Shown: positions 51,176 to 63,770, counted from the stretch's first letter. The stretch: 64,000 bases of DNA from Balanoglossus misakiensis (GCA_040954595.2 CM082585.2:5419808-5483807); one strand, 5' to 3'. The notes: a model not told the origin generated them from the letters alone. Numbers and translations: made by a program.

Positions 51176-51255
51176 CACAGGGAACTCAGGCTCATAGTTG
51201 TGGTAAAATGAATAATATTATTATTATGAATAAAAAATGGAAAAAAATATTAAAA

Positions 51256-51328
<73 letters not shown>

Positions 51329-52357
51329 TTGTAGTAGTTCTTGTTATCTATCATGTGTTAAAATCCAACATACCTATGCATGCTGTCTTCTCCCGGCCCC
51401 TAACACGTACTGTACTGGCCGACCTATATACTCTACCCTAAGAAAAAGACAAGGGATGCAACTTGTCTCATACCCAACTGATTTTCACTCGCCAAAAAAC
51501 ACACCAAGTCAACATCGGAATCGCTAAATTTCGACATGGGCCAACTTACAGTAGTCATACTCGACAATCCTGATCCGTACTGTACCTCATATCGTAGATA
51601 AAGCTGGAAAATCCACAGTTTTCGCGATGTATTTTGGCATTGCTTGCAACAATCTCTTAGTGAAACCTCCAGCTCGTCCGCGTGATTCAAAATTTGTGGT
51701 CTCCGAGGTCAACGGTCATGGCGATACCATTAGTAAAATAGGGGCTAATCATCAAAACGGTGGCGTATGATTTTTTTTAAGTAAGTTTCCAAATTAAAAC
51801 GTAAGTGAGCCAAGAAAACTACAGGTCAGATAAATTGTTTTCTCGTAAATTCATCATTAGAATCAAATTTGGCGTTGGAAACAAACGGCGGGTCGCTAGT
51901 TCCTGGTCTGGGGACTGGTTGAGTCACATTTTGATGACTAGCCCCTATTTTACTAATGGTATCGCCATGACCGTTGACCTCGGAGACCACAAATTTTGAA
52001 TCACGCGGACGAGCTGGAGGTTTCACTAAGAGATTGTTGCAAGCAATGCCAAAATACATCGCGAAAACTGTGGATTTTCCAGCTTTATCTACGATATGAG
52101 GTACAGTACGGATCAGGATTGTCGAGTATGACTACTGTAAGTTGGCCCATGTCGAAATTTAGCGATTCCGATGTTGACTTGGTGTGTTTTTTGGCGAGTG
52201 AAAATCAGTTGGGTATGAGACAAGTTGCATCCCTTGTCTTTTTCTTAGGGTAGAGTATATAGGTCGGCCAGTACAGTACGTGTTAGGGGCCGGGAGAAGA
52301 CAGCATGCATAGGTATGTTGGATTTTAACACATGATAGATAACAAGAACTACTACAA

Positions 52358-52418
<61 letters not shown>

Positions 52419-52497
52419 TTTTAATATTTTTTCCATTTTTTATTCATAATGATAATATTATTCATTTTACCACAACTATGAGCCTGAGTTCCCTGTG
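51176..52497. mobile_element. Non-autonomous fold-back DNA transposon, 1.32 kb, with ~575-bp inverted arms
   Basis: Left arm 51176-51757 and right arm 51929-52497 are near-perfect reverse complements (the same 85-aa ORF appears at 51433-51690 on - and 51996-52253 on +). Spacer is 171 bp. Direct repeat GTGCAGACC at 51168-51176 and 52497-52505. Confidence 0.9.
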
Positions 52498-55400
52498 TGC
52501 AGACCCCAACATTGCAGTGCCGTTTGCTTTTAAAATAAAGTCAACCTTAAAAGTTTTCACGCAAGTCTCAATAGGAAACTTTGATTTTAACTTGACACAC
52601 TCAGTGTTCAGTGCTTTGATCTGTTTGCACCCCGAGGGTCCACTTTTAAAAGTCATGTGCGCACACACGTGTCGCTTGTCGTCTAGCGTGGTTGTGGACA
52701 CGTGCACAGATCCTTGTTTACGAAGTGTTTTTACACCCCTGGGCAACTTGGAGAAGACTCGATCTGCAGTAGCGTGGCGTGCAGGGCATCAACATGTTTT
52801 TTTCTTTTTTTTTTCTTTTTTTTTGGGGGGGGGGGGAAGTCACATGGCAATATTGTAGTCTAGTTTCCTCCGCTGAGATGCATGCGTCTGGAATTCTGTC
52901 TGACTGGTTCAGATCTGTGACTAATACGACAAAAACCGTGGGAGGGCTGCCTCCTGTGACCGTAACTCGCAAGCGTGTGCACGTGTGGAAATAGCCTGTT
53001 GGCTTTTACCACTGCACTGTTCTGATATCTGGCTGTGTGTGCATGGACCTGTAAGAGTCTAGAATTTTTCTTTGCAAGCTGCAGGTTAATCTAATGAACC
53101 CTCACTCCATCTATCCCCATACTTTCCTACAACTGTGCGTTGTTGGAGCTTAGAGCACATTGTGAAGAACAGGTGTATTTGGCTATAATTGCTAATAATT
53201 GCAAATTAAGTGCTACTTAGTAAGCATATTGGTTTTTAAACTATCACTGGTAATCTCCATTATTTTAGACTTGTGTCTCTGTTTAAGTGTTTATTGATGG
53301 CCCCTGATTAAATTTCTTCAGCAAATCTACAATATTCGATTTGTTTTTAAATTCACAGACACTTTATTGATCGTGTAAATTCTAATGTGTGTTCTGTGTT
53401 ATGCATTACTATGAGAAACATTGATAGCATGTAGAAGTTTTGTATCATACTTTCATTATTCAATATTCAAAAGAATGTGTACAATTTTGAGTTCCTGAAT
53501 GTTTCTTTGTCGTGTGTTTAGTCATGTTTCCCAGGGTAAGCTATTCTCTCCTCTCAAAGCAAAGGTACGCAGTCAACAGCTCATTAATAGGAAACTTAAT
53601 CCGTTAAATCCTTCTGCTTGCCTGTGGGGGACATCACGAAAGCACACACTTTTCACGTTACGATTACAGACCACGTTTTCACATTAAAGACTAATGGACT
53701 GCAGTTGGACGTCATTTCTTAGCCTTCACAACGTGATCAAAACACCCAGCAAAAAAAAAGAAACAAACCAAAAACACCAAAAGCCAACTCACCAAAATGA
53801 ACATTGAATTTCATAGTCGGGTACCCATAAGATATTTCCCTTCTGATTTTCAAATCTTATTTGTGAAATATCACTTCCCTCTTTGCACAAATTGTAATCG
53901 CAGAAGACATCTTGTTCATCTTGAAATATTTTTTCGCTGTAATCTTGAACTTTGTTCTGCATGTACATATCTCTTGTAAACAGAAAATTTCTTCCCACCA
54001 TATTGGAAAATAAAGGTTGATAGGAAAATTCATGAAGCCTGTCTATATTTCCATGAAAAAAGTATGTATTTCAATAAAACCAAGCCGAACAGGTTCACCA
54101 CATTTGCCACCATTCTGTAATTTTATAGCTATAGAAGGCAAAAGCAGAACCCATTTTCGAAGAATCGTAAAAGATTGTTTAATGGTTACAGCAAGATTGG
54201 CACGTTCTTGTTGTTGCCATGTCTGTCACCGTACGTCAGATCGGCACGTACGTTCTCTGCAATCAGGCCGTCCACTGGGGACTCCTCAACCGAGAAACAC
54301 TTCGCCTAATGGTGATCCCCATCCATTCTAGAATGTGTTGTGCCACCGAAATAACGCCGTTTGCCACGGGCGTATTTCAGAAAGTGTATCAGGTACCTTG
54401 CGTTTGAGATCGTTATGTCGGTTTGACGTGGAGCATGTCTTGCGCTCACGTGTCGTTTCAGGTGCCTGTGATTTTTTTTCGCGCCAGGACTGTGATGCTA
54501 AAACTCTGACGCACGTCCCACCCGGACAGCGTTGAAACCTCGTCTCGAGCGACATCCAGGAATAATTCAAAATCACTAATTACGACACATTACCAGACAT
54601 CAGATCCGGATACCCTTCACGTATAATACCTGCTTGTTGTTGAAGGAGAAAAAGAACTTTTTGTCTGCGAGTGTGGTTTTCTCATATTGTGACGTGAGAT
54701 ACATCCTCGATCTTGAGTGCCTGCAATTTGATTGAAGTGTAGTGCAATAGGTTATTCTAATAAGACAAATAAACTAACCAATTCCCCGAAGCTGTACATT
54801 TTTCTGAGATATGGCTACGTGCAAACTCGGGTATTTCACTCCTCGTGTTAATGTGTACCGAGATAGCATACGTAAAGCTTATAATGGTATTGAAAACACC
54901 GCTGTACTCTAAAGGTGGAAAGCAAATAGTGTATATTCTCTTGGAGCGACTATCCCCATGGTAAAACGTGAGCCTTCTTTTTACATTCCCTCGTATTCCA
55001 TTGTTCGTGTTAAAAGCTTGTACGGAACATCTGGCACTGCACGCTCGGCCGTAATGGGCCGCTTCCATTAACATCGCGACTGGTTTTTAAGCGCCCACGC
55101 TTTATTGCTGTGAAAGTACCGTATTGCTTGTAACATCCAACCTGGATGTGTCACGTCCGATTCTGTGCATTGATCTGACAGACAGGATGAGGAATTGATT
55201 GAAACTACTTGCTGATTTTTTTTTTTTTTGAGTTATATCAAATGGAAAGAATACAGGTGGTTGAGTTTGCGACATGCTGCTCTTTAGAAATGAATGCATT
55301 ATTCTGTCCACACACACATTTTTTTTTTGCTTGCTGGCACGTAGACATGTAAGTACACGCTAGGAAATATTGGCTTTCGTCGTGCCTTACTGTGTGTTAT

Positions 55401-58400
55401 GGAGTGGTATTCTCAAAATTTAACATGAAAAGAGCCTTCATAATCGCCTATGTTGATATTGCGAAAAAATTTCCTGTCCTGAAAGTTTACCGTGTTTCAG
55501 TTTATTCTAGTATGTCACTAATGCATGTGGTTTCTAGGAATTATTTTGAGAGAATCAGATACAGCAAGGTTGATTGTTTGAAGACGTCTGACACCTTCTG
55601 CAAGTGGCTGCAGATGTGCGAGAGTTCTCGGTTTCATTGGCGTTGAAAAATACGAAGGAAGGACGGTAACAAGGACAGTTGTTAGCTCGTATAAAATATT
55701 CATGTCAATTGCACCTTGAATCTTTGTGTTCACCTGCAATGTGCAGTTGAATGCATGTTAACTTTCGTCTAATTTATTATTTATCAGGGTCGTTGTTTAA
55801 TCCTTTGAGGCAATACACCGGTAGCTGACATTTTTAACACGCTGTTACTAGTCTATTCATTGTTCATTCTTAAACTCAGTGTAAGGTGCAATGGTCTGCG
55901 AGATTTTCATGGTATATTTCAGAACACACAATGACACGGTTACATCGACAGGTGGAGATAGGAGCTGGTAGTTGGCAAAAGCGTCCAGCTATTTTGCATT
56001 TTCTATCCAGTGGCGTTTTATGAATATTCAAAAATTACTTATAACTCTACCCTCTTCCTCCCACGAGCATTTTGACCTGTTTGTTTCCCCCCCCCCCCCC
56101 TTTGCACAACAAACTGCCCACCAGTACTTTTGGAACATTTCCGCCCGTCTATTTGTGAGCTTAGCTACATCCACTGCACCAGTAACCTGTTTACATGAAA
56201 ACTGGCAAAGTTTTGTTCAGAAATTCTACTGTCAATGAAATCTGACCGATATGATTCCTTCTACATCAGAACAAGTCGAATCAGAGCGACAAGTCGTCGT
56301 AGTCAGCGTGTGAGCCCAGCCAAGCACACAATGTAATTTAGTGGCGATAAATCAAATGAAATGGCTGTTGGATAGACGGAAATGCCCCCTCATCATTCGA
56401 TCAAGATTCAATTAGACCCAGCTGATTTTTTTCCTAACCACGTCTATCCATTACCTTTGGCGTGAATCTCGGCCGTCATGCAGGACAGCCTATCAACGGT
56501 AATGGAATTTCTCTCTGGATAGATGGCTCTGATGAAATAAGCCCACAAATGGCGACCTTTGCCCCCGTCGTGATTCCACTGCAGTTCGAATACACTGATT
56601 TTGCTTTTGAGTCGGTCTGATAATTTATCTGTTGTGGACTTTGATAAGAATTTTGAGTATCAATCATTTAAAGTAGAAATTACAAATGAGAAATATGAGC
56701 ATCCCAGTGGAAATTGCCGTGGAAATTACAAATGTACGTATGAGACTTTGCTAACATTCAAATTTCCGGTCCAGTCAAAAGGTTCAAAGTACAGACTTGT
56801 CCCCACAATATCTGCGTGATTTTTTAAAATAATATATGTCCTGAAGTGTAGAAATGTGAATTTTAAATTTATAGTGTAAAATAATTTAAAAATCTTTGCG
56901 ATCCTCTGAAAAATCTTGTATAGAAAATATTTTTGAATGTAACAAGATTACCATGTGGGGGGGGGGAAATAATGAAACTTCGTACAAAATTTTCATTGGA
57001 CACATTTGCCAATAAACATATATAGTGAGATGGCATGCAGGTTTCAGATAGTTTATCCAAATATTGAGGTTGAATACCACAACTAAAGTGTTCATTAGGG
57101 AATCTATTTGTAGGAATTTCCGATCATATTTGTTGCATCTAATTTCCTAATTACATTTTATGTATATTATGTTAATTAGGGAATTGCCTTTTATAGACTG
57201 CACTAGGTTTCTCTTTCAACTCTAAGCAAATTAAATGTTAAACGTTTTCATGAATATTTTCCCTGTAAGGTATGAATGAATGAATGGTCACATCTCAGCC
57301 ATCTACTATAAACACACATACATGTAGTGTACAGGTGGTGTATTTTTAATCCTTAAAAAGACCGCACCATCTGTTTCCATTCCAAAAATAACGTGAACAA
57401 AAATAAACATTGTTTATTATAGTGTACAGTTTAACACGCTATTGCTGATAGAGTGACGGATTGTATAGCTTAATCCGCAGTCACACTGAATAACTTGTGG
57501 GTGGGAGAGAATTTGTGCACCATAGAATATGCTTGGTCTCAACGATGGAAACTGCTGCTTAAAAGGCGTACAGTCTTGGTGGATTTTTTTCTGCCTTTCC
57601 TTGTATGTGCTTCTAGATTTATTTCATTAGACTCTCTTGGATTGTACGGGATACAAACTTGCACCAACTGTACTGAATCAAGGATGTCTACACATGACAC
57701 TTGCCCAAATCAATCAGTTGAAAGTGATATTAAAACAGACACTTCTTCTGGTATGCGTGTGTCTCCAAAGATTCATCTGACCGAAATCACCTTGTAATAA
57801 AATACATGCACGAAGAGGCATGTATTTTTAGCTCATTTTGTTATTTTTAGAACTTTATTGACCATTTCTAATAAGAGCACTCCTACCTGTAAGCGATGAG
57901 GCGTGCTATTTTTCCATTATTCAATATCGTTTTACAGGAAAGATGGTAAAACTTGATTAAAATTGGGTGCTCAGCGGTCCTCATTATGTTAACCATTAGA
58001 TGTCTTCCATTATTGTAAATTTTAAAGTAGCTCCCCGCAAATAGACGAAATCGCAAGGTTGGCATGACAATCGTAAGTAATCGCTTTTGGAACCGGATGG
58101 TGTTGACTTTAAGTGATAATTGGCCTGGTTTTCTTTTATGTGTAGGGGGCTATTATTATGCAAATGTATTCATATCAATGGCGGGTTATTAATATATACG
58201 CTGGTTGCACGACTGCGTGCCGAGTATTATTACTTAGGCATTCGTGCTGATTCAAGCGACTGGTACGCCCTTAAGGTAAAATGACAATTTATCTCGTTAA
58301 CGAGTGTAGATATTACTTGATTGTTGTTCTGTGGTAGGCTTCGCTATATGTGTGAGTGCTTTGAACAATTTGGGTGAATTTTGAGATGCGTTGTGTATCG

Positions 58401-58481
58401 GACAGATCTCTTCGAGTTCTTCCCTCCAGCCCTTACCACACATGCACGACTGATCATTGCATGTATGTGGACAGTCACATT

Positions 58482-58802
58482 TTAAAGGGACAAAGTCTGT
58501 CTCTCGCTGCCCTTTTTCCATTAATTATGTTTGATACAAGACACTGTTTATGTTAATGTACATGTGTATATGTAGTGAATGAACGTTCAACCACACACAA
58601 CTTCCATCCGGCTTGTATGATATAAGAGTAAAAACTTGCCCAAAATGAATAAACGGTAGAGACTAATTATTCATTTTGGCGAGATTTTTCACTCTCGTGT
58701 TTACAACCGGGATGAAAGGTGTGTGTGGTCGAACGTTGATTCACTATATATCCACATTTAGAGTAACATACACGGTGAGACAGAGAGACTTTGTCCCTTT
58801 AA
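58482..58802. mobile_element. MITE family B, copy with a deletion in the right TIR
   Basis: TTAA at both ends, left TIR intact, about 35-40 bp missing from the right arm. Confidence 0.9.
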
Positions 58803-60122
58803 GGTAGCTTGTGACGTTCATATTTTTTGATAGCAAGTGATCTGGGCTGCAAAGGGTTAATAAGCACAGGGAGTGAAAGAACAGCTGAATATGGAATACC
58901 ATGTCTTAATGTAACAAGCTTGCTTTCTCATGAAAGCTTGACATTTCAAAGTGAAATTCTCGAGTTAGAAACCCTGCTGTTGAAAAAAGGAGCGATAGAA
59001 AACCAGATTTCCCCAGAAGCGCTTCAGTCGCACGTGTATAGACATGTGAGAGAAGTCGATTAAGAGTTAGGCAATTGAGAGAGCGTGTGTGTATTCCCGA
59101 CTGGTTTCGCTCATTGGTTGTGAGAGCGATGCCCCACAGCCCAGACAGCCAAGGGAGGGCGATCCACGAGAATCGGATGCAATTTAGAAGATGATATCAG
59201 TGAAATGCACGGGCAGCAATTTCAAGATTTTGATTTTTCAGTCTTATCAGCGTCCAAATCAAATCCATCCTCACGGTACGGGTCATTAGGTGTGTAAATC
59301 GGAGTGTCGAGAGTGAAATCTCATGTCTTTCGTGACGGAGAAGAATTTGCAAGTAGGAGTGACGACAGTGCTGTTCTCTGATGAGAATAGATAACCGTAA
59401 TTTGATTTCGTTTTCTTCCTCCGAAAAAACAAACAAAATTCCACTTTTCCTGTTTAGTTTGTACATGTATGTTTTTAACAATTACTTTTAGTAGATATCA
59501 ACGTTCATTGCCATTTTAGAATTTCCGATGACAAATTGCATTCTTGCAGTGGCACAGATAAAACTTTTATCAAAAATATGATCATAAATAGGACTGGATT
59601 TTTTGTTGGTTTTGTCGGTTGTGATGTCGAGCTGTGACGGTATTCACTAAAGTCGGTACCAACTCTACATGAACCACTGTGCGGGTTTTTGACACAGCGG
59701 GATGTTTGCAAACATGTCTAATATTTTTCAAACATGACTAATTTATGAGGTCGCCGCATCAGTGACACCCACTGATTTTATTTTTACAGTAAGGCCATAT
59801 CCAAGAGAGACACAGGAAATCATAAACCACATGATTCGCCTTGTTGTAGTCAAAACCGTCGGCTGCTTTCGGCTCATGAAACTAATCCCTTCCCCGTTTA
59901 CAGAAAAAATCAACGATTCGAGACAGACAGACTGACTCGTGCCGAGTGAGGTATTGTGCCGTTCAGACGCGATCACTGAAGTCTCAGTCATGAGTGATTG
60001 AACATGCTTACTGATATTTCCGACAACAGCTTGATAATTTACTTCCCAGACTTGCGTAGCGCAAATTCGTGTACGAACATCGTCTCAATTTTCGCCTCTC
60101 TCTCTCTCCTCTTTTATTGCAG

Positions 60123-60203
60123 TCACCAATCTTTGATGAAGTTGACTTAAGTGAATTCAGTGTCGCTGAACGAAGCACCAAGAATTTCAACAATAGTTTT
60201 ACA
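60123..60203 (+). CDS. DGKH: Type II DGK PH-domain exon C: [27 protein letters not shown]
   Basis: Acceptor ctctctcctcttttattgcAG, donor aca|GTAAGT, 81 nt, phase 0/0. Matches [24 protein letters not shown] of DGK eta/delta. Confidence 0.95.
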
Positions 60204-60287
60204 GTAAGTACACGTTTCTATTTCGTCAGATCTTTGAGAATTTTTCACTTGAAGTTGCGCCCATTTCTGGCTTTGGCGCCGAAAAGG

Positions 60288-60642
60288 TTAAAGGGACAAA
60301 GTCTCTCTCTCGCTGCCCTTTTTTCCATTAATTAGATTTGATACAAGACACCGTTTGTTATTCTACATGTGGATATATAGTGAATGAACGTTCAACCACA
60401 CACAACTTCCATCCCTCTTATAGACAGGAGAGTGAAAAAACTCGCCAAAATGAATAATCATTCTTTACCATTTACTCATTTTGGGCGAGTTTTTACTCTC
60501 ATATCATAAAAGTGGGATGGAAGTTTTGTTTGGTTGATCATTGATTCACTATATATCCACATTTACATTAACATAAATGGTGTCTTGTATCAAACATAAT
60601 TAATGGAAAAGGGGCAGCTGGAGAGAGACTTTGTCCCTTTAA
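60288..60642. mobile_element. MITE family B, full copy starting 85 bp downstream of DGK exon C
   Basis: TTAA duplication; very similar to the 23737 copy (shares tccctcttatagacaggagagtgaaaaaactcgcc). Confidence 0.9.
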
Positions 60643-63600
60643 CGCTTTCTATCAAAATCAACAGATGCTGGTATTAGAGCAGCATTAGTTATTAGATAAA
60701 TATTCATCAGAATGATTCCTGATGATTATGATGATAAAGTTCGCATTCTTGTAATGACGCAGATGAAAACTGATTCATGTGCTCTTCTGAGTGAAATTGA
60801 TGAGGTTGTTAACCGGGACCTCTGACCCTCAATGTCAGAGTTCAAATATGGTTAAACTGTCAGTAATTTCTTTGGCATTTAACTGTTAGTATAACAAGCC
60901 GATGTGTACGTGTGCCAACCACAGCTTTTCCAAACAATTCAGAACTTGTTATACTGTGAGTATATATGCCTTTAGAAATATTAAGTGATTGAAAATGGTC
61001 ATGTTTTTTGCATGTAGTTGCGGTGATGGTCCAATGTCCTGTGAACAATCAACATCATTTGTGGTGTACATGTACTTGTTAAGTCCCATTTGGTATATGT
61101 ATACATACCATTGAGAACTTATTTAGTGGTCACACAATATACATGTATATACATGTACATGAAGTCCAAACATTACTTCACCCTACTGAAGAAAACTAAC
61201 CGTACATTATACAATTGACATAAATGGCCAAGGGGGTTTGGTTAGCCATGTATTTTGTATACCCCATTAGTGAAGTTTGTTCATATGCTGTGTGTCTCAT
61301 ATGTCGATCACTGTCCTGAATTTTTGCTGTTGGTGTATCATAGCTTCACTTGGCACCAGAAAAATAAGTTATTTGTGTTGAATCTGTGATCATTATTTAG
61401 TTTACGGCGTTCACGTCCAAGCGTTTGCGGTTGTTATCTTGGCAGCATTTGTCCTAATAAGGTTACTACTGCAGTGAGCAGAACGTGACACTGTGGGTTC
61501 AAGTCAAAATAACGCCAGAGAACAACATGGACCCCTTCAAGCCATTCTATTTATAGTCTAGCTTCCAGAGGCACTTTGGAAAAAATGTCAAATTATTGTA
61601 CATTCACCTTGTCGTACTGTATGTTGCTTTTTCCGCACGATTTGACAGAGTTCATTGATGAGATACGTATGTTAAAACATTAGATACAGTTCATGATGAA
61701 AGGAACTTGAAATATTTTCGCTGTGGTATTTCTATTTGGTGTATTAATTCCATTTTCTTGTTGTGGTATATATCTTATCACTTAATACGGCCAGCACTGT
61801 TAGTGTTGACAATTGAATTTAAGTCCGGACTGAAAATGTAAGTGTCAGTGGTATTACATTGTGCACATTCCTAGTATGGGATTTGACAAAATTCAATATG
61901 TTGCCAGTTGAACAAGAAACTGTGGTTGAAACCAGGAATAAAAATGATCAAAAGTAGCAACACTGTCTTTTGATTATCTCCAACGTTTAATTGTGGTTTA
62001 ATAACCAGTGTCGATAAATTACAACTAATCAGATGGTGTTTTACCAAGATTCTGAGAGAAACCATCTGATTGGTGCCTGCTGATTTGTCTCCTAGGAAAC
62101 AGGAAGAAACGCAATGATTGGATAATATGCAGACAGTTTTAAAGCGTGAATTTATCTGGTCTTCCTCATGTGTGTCTCCGTTTCTAATGATAGAGGAATC
62201 GGCGAATTCATTTGAGCGTCAAATACGTGCGTGCGTGACAAGTGTTCAAGGTGTCGGGCTTTGTCAGTGACTGAACACATCCGGCGGGACGCGCGAGGCC
62301 AAATCAGTATTCACGTCAGAGACAGATCGTAGCCGTCGGTTCGCACAAAATCATTCACCTTTGTGAAATTAGCCGAGCATTTGTCGGGGGGAAAAATTGA
62401 CGTAGATGAGGTCCGAGCCCTCGAGGACTTCTTGAGCGTACTCTCATCCGTTGTAACCATGGCGATAAATTATCGGTAGGTCGTTGGAGGGATTGAAGTG
62501 TAGTGTTGTATCGACAATTCAGGGTGTCGTGGTACCGATTGGATTTGACTGAAGTGAGCCTCTCTGGCTGTGTCAGATGATGTACTTCAATTTATCAGCT
62601 TTTCATGCAAGTACACACAGTCAAAGGCTAGTTCTGTTTTAATAAAATCGGCGACGCATTGTCTCAGGAGGTAAAATGTTTCTCAGAATGATGATGAGCC
62701 GAACTAATTGCCGTAACTTTGGCAACCTCCCAGTGTTGGTCAAAAATTTGGATCAACAATTTCACAGTTGACAAATATTTTTCACTGACTTCAACCTTTT
62801 CCCTATTTTTGATCCACAGATCATTTTTCCTTCCTGTTAGTTATTTTTTTTGTAGTTTTGTTTCAAAAAAGGCTAAAAGTAACTGAATTTTCTGAAAATT
62901 GATCAAATTTCCTCAGTATATATGACCTTTCACAGAGGTAATTGATTATCGACTTTCTCAGGGGTAATATTGATTATTGCCCTGCTCGGGGTCAATATTG
63001 ATCATGTCTGTACTATATGGCAAATGAAGTGAAAGAGAGGTTTCACAAGCATTTATGACATGATTGGCAGTATACGCAATATACATGTACTATAATATGT
63101 ATAAAGACATCAATAGGCAAATTCATGGAAAATTTATCATATGATATACTGTTTCATTACTATTCAACCGTTTTAAACGAGGTAGGCCAGAGGTACAATT
63201 GTTGGGTTTCATCAATAATTCAAATGACTAGTATAAGGTTTGTAATTTATGGTGAAATTTTGTGTTATGTTGCAGTGAATGTTTCAGACTGCGAGAAAAA
63301 GGTCATATAATGGCAATTTTTTATGTCGTTGTTTGACGTAGCTGGTAATTTGTATGTCAATATGTACTCTATCATTCTCTAACTGTCAATGAATCAAACT
63401 GTTCAACTATATTAATAATGAAAAATTTACCATGTTCACACAACATGTGGTGAATACACAGACTCTGTGAATCATGTAATGCATACTTGAGCACAAGGAG
63501 TGCAGCCAGGAACATTCATAAGCCACCTTCTCATTGGTTGAAAGCAATTGACAAGATACTAAGCAGCCAATCAGAAGTGTCCTGTCTTCAATGCACACGT

Positions 63601-63665
63601 GCTGTTGTACCTTCAGTGCGTAGATGGTAAATTTAGTTTTTTTCATTTGATTTTTTTCTCTCCAG

Positions 63666-63770
63666 ATTATCACACCATTCCGTACACTAATTTTATTCGC
63701 TGAACATCGGAAGGAAATGGAAGAGTGGATAAGTGCGTTAAAGTCCGTCCAAAGCAGAGAATATTATGAG
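63666..63770 (+). CDS. DGKH: Type II DGK PH-domain exon D: [35 protein letters not shown]
   Basis: Acceptor atttttttctctccAG, donor gag|GTATTT, 105 nt, phase 0/0. Contains the PH C-terminal helix with its conserved Trp ([14 protein letters not shown]), as in DGKH. Confidence 0.95.

Noticed and set aside
51176-51215. CACAGGG terminus resembling a RAG/Transib RSS heptamer (CACAGTG)
   Set aside because: Transib/RAG-like elements make 5-bp TSDs and have short TIRs. Here the TSD is 7 or 9 bp, the arms are ~575 bp, and there is no nonamer-like motif at 12 or 23 spacing.
51070-52436. Poly-Ile/poly-Tyr ORFs and the duplicated 85-aa ORF
   Set aside because: By-products of the (ATT)n tracts and the inverted arms of the fold-back element; no transposase-like motifs.
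57799-57828. 11-bp hairpin followed by T-run (terminator- or Helentron-like); similar small hairpin at 62027-62071
   Set aside because: Single occurrences in AT-rich DNA; no associated element, and rho-independent terminators are irrelevant in a eukaryotic intron.
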